Part shown: piece by piece, positions 18,035 through 25,902 of the stretch
Numbering within the stretch: the stretch's first letter is position 1
Layout of the letters: every line of letters starts with the position of its first letter
Assembly (NCBI GenBank): GCA_965223945.1
Contig: CBDCXW010000008.1
Coordinates: 1,062,794-1,126,793, forward strand
Origin: Dehalococcoidia bacterium
Lineage (GTDB): Bacteria > Chloroflexota > Dehalococcoidia > Lucifugimonadales > CATQGZ01
DNA: 64,000 bases
Direction: 5' to 3'
Translations under genes and position numbers: made by a program
The notes under the pieces: model-generated
Seen by the model: the letters and a program-made list of their open reading frames with translations, nothing else
Told to the model about the DNA's origin: nothing
Database searches by the model: none

Positions 18035-19321
18035 GTGCTAAATCGCTGGAACTTCCTCAAAACGGGTTTTTACGAGGGAATCAATGATGTCCCCGTCAAG
18101 GTCTGGGCAACCGGACACCCGGACTACATCGCAGTCCTCGAAACCATTCTGTCGGAGCTTTCTCCCATCTTAGATTTGGAGTTCGAGTGGGTGGACGCCG
18201 AGGAAGAGGCGGACTTCAAGGCGTTCGTGGGCGTGTCGCGTTCCGAGGCTGACTCCCTCGGCGTCCGTGACGCGTTCTATGTAGACGACGCTTGGGGGTT
18301 CGCATCTGCGAACGTGAACCTAGGTGAAGCCACATCAGGGTATATGGTCGTATGGCATACCGATTTGACGGGGCTGAGCTCACGGCTAGATGCGATCAGG
18401 GCGGTAACCATACACGAGGCGTTGCACGCCCTGGGTCCTATTGATCATAGGGTGCCTCTGGGCCATAGCTCTCGGCCTCTGAGCGTCATGGAGGTCGCGA
18501 AGCTAGGCGTCTTGAGTCAACGAGAAAAACAGTTGCTCGAGATCAACTCACACCCGCTGGTGCGCCCTGGATTGACAATGGACGCCGTCCGCCGGCTCGT
18601 TGTGCTCACCGAAGAACTTTTGGACTACCCGCTGATCGAATCAGCGGCTGCGCCTGACGATCCCCTTGATCTTATCTGGCGGGCCTACGTTGAGCTGGAA
18701 AGGGCGGGGTCTGCAAGCTTCCGGCTGAGCGGAGGCTGGACAGATAGAGCATGCAACCACACTTTCGGTGTTAGAAGAGGCCCGATAGGAATGGCAATCG
18801 GGGATTTCAGCCTGATAGGCGACTGGCCAGAGCTTGACCCAGCTCTGGTGCGCCTCGATTTCCACACAAACCAGTTCCACATAGTCTACTCTCGAGAAGA
18901 TGGAGAGTGGCTCCATTGGCAACTCTCGACGGAGGCGGGGTGGGAGAAGGTCGACAGGAATGTCGTTTCTGACTCCAACTCGTATTGGTTATGGAACGGC
19001 AAACTCCTCACAACGCTTCGCAGTGTTCTCTGGGACGGGTCCGCCGAGGACATAGGTGTGGACGAAACTTCTGGAGGGAACCTGCGTTTCCGCGTCGAAC
19101 TGGACGAATCATACTTGTATATGTGGGACTGGACGCCAGGTGAATCTGTGGACTTTACACTTGTCGTGAACCCCGAAACTTTCGCGGTGGTGGGGTACAC
19201 ATGGGAACTCCGCAAGGACCCCGACGCGAATCCAGGCCAGTGTCTCACGTACAAGGAAGTGGCAACCGACGGTCGCCTGGGGGTCGATATAGTGGTGCCG
19301 GAAGCAATCCGAAACCAGTAA
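18035..19321 (+). CDS. putative metzincin-like zinc metalloprotease (HExxHxxGxxD motif)
   Basis: 428-aa ORF (GTG start, uncertain) containing TIHEALHALGPID. No signal peptide seen. Lies 77 nt downstream of the split lipoprotein gene. Confidence 0.55.
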   Translation: MLNRWNFLKTGFYEGINDVPVKVWATGHPDYIAVLETILSELSPILDLEFEWVDAEEEADFKAFVGVSRSEADSLGVRDAFYVDDAWGFASANVNLGEATSGYMVVWHTDLTGLSSRLDAIRAVTIHEALHALGPIDHRVPLGHSSRPLSVMEVAKLGVLSQREKQLLEINSHPLVRPGLTMDAVRRLVVLTEELLDYPLIESAAAPDDPLDLIWRAYVELERAGSASFRLSGGWTDRACNHTFGVRRGPIGMAIGDFSLIGDWPELDPALVRLDFHTNQFHIVYSREDGEWLHWQLSTEAGWEKVDRNVVSDSNSYWLWNGKLLTTLRSVLWDGSAEDIGVDETSGGNLRFRVELDESYLYMWDWTPGESVDFTLVVNPETFAVVGYTWELRKDPDANPGQCLTYKEVATDGRLGVDIVVPEAIRNQ

Positions 19322-19377
19322 CCCGATCGCCTGATTCTTGATGTCCGGCGGACGTATCCGCCTGAGCGCCCTGCCCA

Positions 19378-19406
19378 TTGACAAACAGAACTGCTGTCCG
19401 CATAAT
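19378..19406 (+). promoter_or_regulatory. near-consensus sigma70 promoter TTGACA-17-CATAAT with no credible downstream gene
   Basis: TTGACA at 19378-19383, CATAAT at 19401-19406, and an ATG 6 nt later at 19413. Same geometry as the toxin-antitoxin promoter at 22722. Confidence 0.35.
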
Positions 19407-19461
19407 GTTCTTATGCCCCAACACCAGTTTTGCCACCCGGCCATGCCTGGGACGAGCCCCC

Positions 19462-19487
19462 GTCATTCCGGCGGAGGCCGGAATCCA
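19462..19487. repeat. REP-like palindromic element, family A, copy 3
   Basis: GTCATTCCGGCGGAGGCCGGAATCCA in the 680-bp non-coding stretch upstream of valS. Confidence 0.85.
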
Positions 19488-19815
19488 CCGGCGCCAGGAG
19501 CCCTGTCGCAACATCGTTGCGGGACCACAGCATTTCCGCCGCATCCCTGTGGCAAAGGCGTCGCGAATTCGTCGGACGGACCGGAGCCTCCAGCTATGAA
19601 TCCCACAACTATGCAGCAGTTTCCAACACTTTCGGCGGACAAGCGCCTTAGGGCGAGAGGACTCTCGCCTCTCCCGTGACGCCCTCACGCCCGGTCCGAC
19701 AGGGCAGAAGTAGGCCCCGACGCCCTGTTCCAGTCCGTTCCGTTTTCATCTATTCCCGTGCTCGATTTGGCCCGTTCGTATACCGAGAAGTCCCGTCGAG
19801 CCCCATAGCCCAGCT

Positions 19816-19869
19816 ACGAAATGGGACATATGGCACAGAATGGAACACTTTTCGGGGAAATCAGCCCGC
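19816..19869 (+). repeat. heptamer module copy Y (TGGGACA-TGGCACA-TGGAACA plus TTTTCGGGGAAATC)
   Basis: Heptamers at 19822, 19831 and 19841. 33 of 41 ungapped positions match the reverse complement of 42830-42865 by manual alignment. Confidence 0.8.
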
Positions 19870-20001
19870 TGGCAGGCAGCCCCGTACAGGTAGTGAGCAT
19901 GGCTCCTGCCCCTGTCCGAATGCCGTACAATTGAGCGACGGGCGCGGCAGGTTCGTGGGGGCGGCCCGCCGCCGATAGATACGCCCAGAGGACCGAAGTC
20001 A

Positions 20002-22686
20002 ATGCAGCAGACGGCATCCGAGAAACGCAATATCCCAAGGGCCTACGAGCCGAAGTCCGTTGAGGGCCGCGTGTACAAGGCCTGGGTGGATGGCGGCTAC
20101 TTCACCCCGGTGATCGATCCGGCGAAGAAGCCGTTTGTCGTCATCATGCCTCCACCGAACGTCACGGGCGAGCTGCACATGGGGCATGCCCTCACGGCCG
20201 CGCTCGAAGACCTGATGGTGAGGTGGCATCGGATGAGGGGCGAGCCTACTCTCTTCCTCCCCGGGAGCGACCACGCGGGGATCGCCACACAGGTCGTTGT
20301 CGAGCGAATGCTGGCCTCCGACGGCGTGTCGAGGCACGACATCGGGCGGCAGCGGTTCGTCGAGCGCGTTTGGAGCTGGGTCGACCAGTACGGCAGCCGC
20401 ATAGACGAGCAGCTCAAGCGCCTGGGGGCCTCGTGCGACTGGACGCGGAAGGCTTTCACCCTCGATGAGGGCCCGAGCAGGGCCGTCCGCACCACGTTCG
20501 TCAACCTGTACAGGAAGGGACTGATCTACCGCGGCGAGCGCATGACCAGCTGGTGCCCGCGCTGCCGTACCGCACTCTCCGACCTCGAGGTCAAGTACCG
20601 CGAGGAGGCCGCAGCCCTCTACCACATCCGCTACGACATGGAGGATGGCGGCGGGTCTGTCACCATTGCCACCACGAGGCCGGAGACTCTGCTCGGGGAC
20701 ACGGCGGTGGCGGTCAATCCGGAGGACGAGCGGTACACTCACCTGATCGGCAGGAAAGCGGCGCTGCCCGTGCTCGGGCGGGTCATCCCGGTAATCGCGG
20801 ACGAGGCGGTCGAGGTCGAGTTCGGCACAGGCGCCCTAAAGGTCACGCCTGGCCATGATCCGAACGACTTCGAGATCGGACAGCGGCACGACCTGCCCAG
20901 CGTGAACGTCATGGAGCTGGACGGCACCATGAACGAGAACGCCGGCCCGTATCGTGGGCAGACTATGGCAGAGGCACGTGAGAACATCGTCCGGGAGCTC
21001 GAAGAGGACGGGCTGCTGGAGAAAGTCGAGCCGTACCAGCACTCGGTCGGCCACTGCGACCGGTGCGACGAAACGGTCGAGCCCATTGTCACCCGTCAGT
21101 GGTGGATGAAGATGGGCCCTGTTGCCCGGCCGGCGAGGGCCGCCGTCGCTGACGGCCGCATCGAGATGGTGCCCGAGCGATTTGCCAAGGTGTACTTCAA
21201 CTGGATGGACAACATCCGGGACTGGTGCGTCAGCCGGCAGCTCTGGTGGGGCCACCGTCTGCCGGTCTGGTATTGCCAGGACTGCGGAGAGGTGGTCGTC
21301 GAGCTGCGAGACCCGGAGTCGTGCACCAAGTGCGGTTCCGCTCGGCTGGAGCGCGACCCAGACGTTCTCGATACCTGGTTCAGCTCCGCACTCTGGCCGC
21401 ACTCGACCCTGGGCTGGCCCGACCAGACAGAGGACCTAGCCTACTTCTACCCCGGCACGGTCTTGGAAACGGGCCACGACATCCTCTTCTTCTGGGTCGC
21501 GCGAATGGTGATGATGGGACTTGAGAACACCGGGCAGATACCGTTCGAGACCGTATATCTCCACGGCCTCGTCCGCGACCCGGAAGGCGTCAAGATGAGC
21601 AAGTCGAAGGGTAACGTCATGGACCCCATCGACCTGATCGACCTCTACGGCGCGGACGCTCTGCGCTTCGCACTGACCGGCGGCAACTCGCCGGGCAACG
21701 ACATGCGCCTCAACGAGCAGAAGATGGAGGCCAGCCGCAACTTCGCCAACAAGCTCTGGAACGCCGCCCGCTTCGTAATGTCTAATATCGACGACCGGGT
21801 CGGCATGGACGGCTGGCATGATCCGAAGCCGGTGCATCGCCAGGACCGCTGGATACTGAGCCGCCTGAGCCGGGCCTCGACACAGGTGGACCAGTACATG
21901 AAGGAGTTCCAGTTCGGGGAGGCCCAGCGCGTAATTCACGACTTCCTGTGGGGCGAGTACTGCGACTGGTACATCGAGATGGCCAAGATCAGGATGAGGT
22001 CCGGCGGCCCGGACGCCGAGACGCCGTTGCCCGTCCTCGCCTACGTGCTGGAGCGCGTGCTGCGGCTGCTCCACCCATTCATGCCGTTCGTTACCGAGGA
22101 GGTCTGGCAGAATCTCGTCAGCGTCTTGCCGGAGGAGCCGGACCGCCCCGAGGCGCTCATCGTCGCGCCTTACCCCGAGGCCAACGAGTCCCTCTTAGAC
22201 GAGCGGGCGGAGTCCGAGATGGGCTCTGTGATCGAGGTCATCAGGGCCGTGCGGAACCTCAGGGCAGAGTTCAGGATAGACGCATCCATGAGCCTCAGGG
22301 CCGCTGTGGACGCGCCATTGCTCGCGCCTGTCCTCGAGGCCGAGGCCGCGACAATCAAGTCGCAGGCCGGCATAGACCCGCTAATGGTCGGCTCTGATGG
22401 CGACGGGGCCTCGGGCGGCGACAGCGTGGCCCTGGTCCTGACCGGCGGCACCGTTACGGTCCCGCTTGGAGGAATGGTCGACCTCGACAGGGAGCGGGCC
22501 AGACTCGCGGACGAGCTTCAGCAGCTGAAGAAGAACCTGGGCCGTCTTTCGACCAGGCTCGCGGACGAGCAGTTCCTGTCGAAGGCGCCCGAGGATGTCA
22601 TCGAGCGAGAGCGCCAGCGCCTCGCGTCGGGCCGGGACCGGTCCGCTAGGATCGAGGACATGCTGTCCAGGCTCGGAGGGGTGTAG
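20002..22686 (+). CDS. valS: valine--tRNA ligase
   Basis: 894 aa. HMGH (HIGH-type) motif, KMSKS, and a C-terminal coiled coil. Confidence 0.97.
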   Translation: MQQTASEKRNIPRAYEPKSVEGRVYKAWVDGGYFTPVIDPAKKPFVVIMPPPNVTGELHMGHALTAALEDLMVRWHRMRGEPTLFLPGSDHAGIATQVVVERMLASDGVSRHDIGRQRFVERVWSWVDQYGSRIDEQLKRLGASCDWTRKAFTLDEGPSRAVRTTFVNLYRKGLIYRGERMTSWCPRCRTALSDLEVKYREEAAALYHIRYDMEDGGGSVTIATTRPETLLGDTAVAVNPEDERYTHLIGRKAALPVLGRVIPVIADEAVEVEFGTGALKVTPGHDPNDFEIGQRHDLPSVNVMELDGTMNENAGPYRGQTMAEARENIVRELEEDGLLEKVEPYQHSVGHCDRCDETVEPIVTRQWWMKMGPVARPARAAVADGRIEMVPERFAKVYFNWMDNIRDWCVSRQLWWGHRLPVWYCQDCGEVVVELRDPESCTKCGSARLERDPDVLDTWFSSALWPHSTLGWPDQTEDLAYFYPGTVLETGHDILFFWVARMVMMGLENTGQIPFETVYLHGLVRDPEGVKMSKSKGNVMDPIDLIDLYGADALRFALTGGNSPGNDMRLNEQKMEASRNFANKLWNAARFVMSNIDDRVGMDGWHDPKPVHRQDRWILSRLSRASTQVDQYMKEFQFGEAQRVIHDFLWGEYCDWYIEMAKIRMRSGGPDAETPLPVLAYVLERVLRLLHPFMPFVTEEVWQNLVSVLPEEPDRPEALIVAPYPEANESLLDERAESEMGSVIEVIRAVRNLRAEFRIDASMSLRAAVDAPLLAPVLEAEAATIKSQAGIDPLMVGSDGDGASGGDSVALVLTGGTVTVPLGGMVDLDRERARLADELQQLKKNLGRLSTRLADEQFLSKAPEDVIERERQRLASGRDRSARIEDMLSRLGGV

Positions 22687-22711
22687 TCCGTGACGAGGTC
22701 ATCGACAGCTA

Positions 22712-22750
22712 GCATATGCCCTTGACAGCATATGCGCTCAGGATCATAAT
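22712..22750 (+). promoter_or_regulatory. toxin-antitoxin promoter with paired GCATATGC operator palindromes; predicted leaderless transcript
   Basis: GCATATGC at 22712-22719 and 22728-22735 brackets TTGACA (22722-22727). 17-nt spacer, CATAAT at 22745-22750, ATG at 22757. Confidence 0.5.
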
Positions 22751-22756
22751 GGTGCC

Positions 22757-23118
22757 ATGAGATGGGAGGTCCTTTTCGATCCGGCCTTCGACCCGGAGTT
22801 TGATGCACTGCCCACATTGGTTCAGGACGAGTTGCTTGCCCAGGCAAGGGTGCTGGAGGTTTTCGGCCCGGCTCTGGGCCGCCCGCGCGTGGACACACTG
22901 AAAGGGTCTCGCCACGCCAACATGAAGGAGCTTCGCTTCAATGCAGACAAAGGGGTGTGGCGAGTCGCATTTGCTTTCGATCCCGAACGGAGGCCATCTT
23001 GCTTGTGGCTGGTGATAAGTCCGGCGTTAGCGAAAGGCGCTTTTACGGGCAGCTGATCAAGAAATCGGACGATCGGTTCGACAGGCATCTGGACCGGATG
23101 AAGGGGAGGCCACGATGA
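22757..23118 (+). pseudogene. RelE/HigB-like (gp49/DUF891-type) toxin gene with a 1-nt frameshift
   Basis: Frame 1 gives ...VWRVAFAFDPERR and then nonsense. The -1 frame from about 22993 reads AILLVAGDKSGVSERRFYGQLIKKSDDRFDRHLDRMKGRPR and stops at a TGA overlapping the antitoxin ATG (ATGA at 23115-23118). Confidence 0.7.
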
Positions 23119-23432
23119 CGACCTTGACGGAGAGAATGGATGGTCTGCCCAGTGAGCGCCGGAGAAAGGTGGAGGAACGGGCGAACAGGCTGATTGCCGA
23201 AGAGATGTCACTGCGGGACTTGCGCAGGGCGCGTGAAAGAACTCAGGCGCGCGTAGCCAAGGAGCTTGGGATCAATCAGGAGAACGTGTCCCGTTTGGAA
23301 AAGCGTACGGACCTCTTGATCTCCACACTAAGTAGCTACGTTGAGGCAATGGGTGGTGAGTTGCATCTAGTCGCGGAGTTTCCCGATCGTCCGCCCATTA
23401 CACTGACCGGCATTGGTTCCCTGGACACGTAA
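23115..23432 (+). CDS. XRE-family HTH antitoxin
   Basis: 105 aa. LRDLRRARERTQARVAKELGINQENVSRLEKRTD is an HTH_XRE motif. Translationally coupled to the upstream toxin frame. Confidence 0.8.
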   Translation: MTTLTERMDGLPSERRRKVEERANRLIAEEMSLRDLRRARERTQARVAKELGINQENVSRLEKRTDLLISTLSSYVEAMGGELHLVAEFPDRPPITLTGIGSLDT

Positions 23433-23449
23433 GAATCTCCAGGGAGCCT

Positions 23450-25177
23450 CTATTCCACAGACCCTGGTCGCTTCGCGGCTGCGCCCTCCGCTCGCAGGAA
23501 GTCGAAGTCGCAGCCCTCGTTCGCCTGCAGGACGTGCCGGGTGAACATCCAGCCGTACCCGCGCTCGTAGTGCCGGGTCGGCGGAGGGGCCTCGGACAGC
23601 CGCCGCCGGACCTCGGTCTGGTCCACTAGGAGGTCGAGCCTCCGGGCTGGTACGTCCAGGCTGATCGTGTCGCCGTTGCGCACCGCCGCCAGCGGGCCGC
23701 CCACCGCGGACTCCGGCGTGACGTGTACGACGACGGTGCCGAAGGCGGTCCCGCTCATCCTGGCGTCGCTCAGCCGTACCATGTCGCGGACGCCCTTCTC
23801 CAGCAGCTTCCTCGGCAGCGGCAGGAACCCCCATTCAGGCATCCCCGGCGCTCCGACGGGGCCCGCGTTGCGCAGGACGAGCACGTCGTCCGGGCGGACG
23901 TCCAGATCGGGGTCATCGATGCGGTCTTCCATATCATAGTGGTCCTCGAACACCACGGCCCTGCCCCGGTGCTGCAGCATGTCTGGAGAGGCCGAGCTCT
24001 GCCTGATGAGCGCACCGTCGGGCGCGAGCGACCCGCGCAGAGCCGACAGGCCGCCCTCTGAATCGAGAGGCTGCCCCAAGGGCCTCACCACGTCGCGGTT
24101 GAAGACTCGCGCATCAGCGATGTTCTCGCCGAGGCTCTTGCCGGTGACGGTCGGTGTGTCTAGGTGAAGCAAGGGACTAAGCTCCTTCAGCACCACCGAC
24201 ACTCCCCCGGCGTTGAACAGGTCCTCCATCACGAATCGGCCCGATGGCTTCAGGTCCAGTATCAGTGGAGTCGTCCTGGACAACTCGTCGAACCTCTCGA
24301 CGGGGAGGCTCATCCCAAGCCGGCCCGCGATAGCAGTGAGGTGTATGACGGCGTTAGTGGAGCCCCCGATGGCGTGCAGCGTGCGGATCGCGTTCTCGAA
24401 GGAACGTCCGGTCAGCAGCTTCGACGGGGGCAGGTCCTCCTCGACCATGGCGACGATTCGCCGTCCGGCCGACTCGGCAAGCCGGGCCCGGCGCGAATCG
24501 GCCGCCGGGATGTCGGCGTTCCCGGGCAGAGCCACTCCAAGCGCTTCCCCCATCGCGGCCATGGTCGATGCCGTGCCCATCACCATGCAGTGGCCGGGGC
24601 TTCGTACGATGCCGTCCTGGAGCTCTGCCCAGTCCTCCTCGGTGATGCGTCCCGCCCGAAGCTCCTGATGGTAGCGGCGGCAGTCGGTGCACGTGCCCAG
24701 CTCTTCCCCGCGCCAGCTCGCCTTGAGCTGCGGGCCGCCGGTCACGAGGAGCGCGGGCACGTCGGCGCTCGCGGCGCCCATGAGCAGCGCGGGCGTGGTC
24801 TTGTCGCAGCCGCCGAGCAGGACCACTCCGTCGAGCGGGTTCGCCCTGATCGACTCCTCGACCTCCATGCTCATCAGGTTGCGGTAGAGCATCGTGGTCG
24901 GGCGCATGTTGTACTCGCCCAGCGACATGACCGGGAACTCGAGGGGGAAGCCTCCGGCCTGCCACACTCCCCTCTTGACGGCGTCAGCGAGGTCGCGGAG
25001 GTGGGCGTTGCAGTGGGTGAGCTCGCTCCAGGAGTTGCAGATACCTACGATGGGCTTGTCCCGATAGGACTCTTCGGTGAAGCCCTGGGCCTTGAAAGCC
25101 GCGCGCCTGAGCCAGCCGTAGAGCTCCGGCGTGTCGAACCAGGCCCGGCTGCGGTACTCCCTGCGGCCGTCCGGCAC
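23450..25177 (-). CDS. IlvD/Edd-family dehydratase (dihydroxy-acid or sugar-acid dehydratase)
   Basis: 575 aa. IVGICNSWSELTHCNAHLRDLADAVKRGV and GGCDKTTPALLMGAA are family motifs. Confidence 0.9.
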   Translation of the reverse strand: MPDGRREYRSRAWFDTPELYGWLRRAAFKAQGFTEESYRDKPIVGICNSWSELTHCNAHLRDLADAVKRGVWQAGGFPLEFPVMSLGEYNMRPTTMLYRNLMSMEVEESIRANPLDGVVLLGGCDKTTPALLMGAASADVPALLVTGGPQLKASWRGEELGTCTDCRRYHQELRAGRITEEDWAELQDGIVRSPGHCMVMGTASTMAAMGEALGVALPGNADIPAADSRRARLAESAGRRIVAMVEEDLPPSKLLTGRSFENAIRTLHAIGGSTNAVIHLTAIAGRLGMSLPVERFDELSRTTPLILDLKPSGRFVMEDLFNAGGVSVVLKELSPLLHLDTPTVTGKSLGENIADARVFNRDVVRPLGQPLDSEGGLSALRGSLAPDGALIRQSSASPDMLQHRGRAVVFEDHYDMEDRIDDPDLDVRPDDVLVLRNAGPVGAPGMPEWGFLPLPRKLLEKGVRDMVRLSDARMSGTAFGTVVVHVTPESAVGGPLAAVRNGDTISLDVPARRLDLLVDQTEVRRRLSEAPPPTRHYERGYGWMFTRHVLQANEGCDFDFLRAEGAAAKRPGSVE

Positions 25178-25180
25178 GGG

Positions 25181-25855
25181 CTAACCCATGCTCCCGGTCG
25201 CCTCTGGGTCGGCCTGACCGTCCTCGGGTTCCGGCCCGGCGGCGGGCGGGCGCATCTGGGCGTTGACCCACCTCTTCAGGGCGTCCAGGGACGGCGGCGC
25301 AACGTAGAAGACCTGCACGTCAGCCGGAAACTGGATGCGGTGGTCCTCGCTGGCGAACAGAGCGCCGACCTCTCCTTCCTGCAGGGTCTCGTCTATGCGC
25401 GTGGAGACGTGCTCGTACCGCTTGGCGGTGACCTCCCGCAGGGAGTCGATGGCGAGGATTCTCACCTTGCTGCTCATCAGTCCGATGGACAGGCAGCGCT
25501 GCCAGTCGGCGCTCTCCTCGACCAATGCCCTGTCCTCGGTCGCCTCCAGTTTCGCGCTGGACCGGCACATGGCCTGGATGAAAGGCGAGCCTTTTGGGTT
25601 CAGGGTCTGGACGAGGGTCATTCCCTCGTCGCCGTCGGCGAACACCGTCTCGTGATAGATTCGGGCCACCTGGCCGAGCGAGCGCTCCAGGTTGCCGATG
25701 TGGTCGCGGACCTCGTTCCAGTAGCTTTCCTGGAGACGCTGGGCCTCATCCGAGGCATCCGGCGGGAAGACGATGGCCGGCACCAAGAAGAGCTTGCGGC
25801 TCTGGCGATACTGTTCCGCTTCCGGCTTGGGCGTCTGGCTCAGCGGGGTTGTCAT
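25181..25855 (-). CDS. hypothetical protein
   Basis: 224-aa ORF with no recognisable motif. Sits 47 nt after fdsA and ends 3 nt before the dehydratase start. Confidence 0.65.
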   Translation of the reverse strand: MTTPLSQTPKPEAEQYRQSRKLFLVPAIVFPPDASDEAQRLQESYWNEVRDHIGNLERSLGQVARIYHETVFADGDEGMTLVQTLNPKGSPFIQAMCRSSAKLEATEDRALVEESADWQRCLSIGLMSSKVRILAIDSLREVTAKRYEHVSTRIDETLQEGEVGALFASEDHRIQFPADVQVFYVAPPSLDALKRWVNAQMRPPAAGPEPEDGQADPEATGSMG

Positions 25856-25902
25856 TCACTTGTGCTCCGGTTGAAAGGTGTGGCTAGTGGACCGGCGTAG
25901 AA

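Noticed and set aside
19831-19847. TGGCACAGAATGGAACA as a sigma54 -24/-12 promoter.
   Set aside because: The -12 element TTGC is absent. The TGGCAC is better explained as one unit of the heptamer array.
19700-20001. T-box leader upstream of valS.
   Set aside because: I could not find the conserved T-box sequence (AAnnnGGTGGTACCGCG-like) or a specifier-loop arrangement.
22988-22996. Programmed ribosomal frameshift in the RelE-like toxin gene.
   Set aside because: There is no slippery X XXY YYZ heptamer or A/T run at the shift site. A simple indel or sequencing error is more parsimonious.
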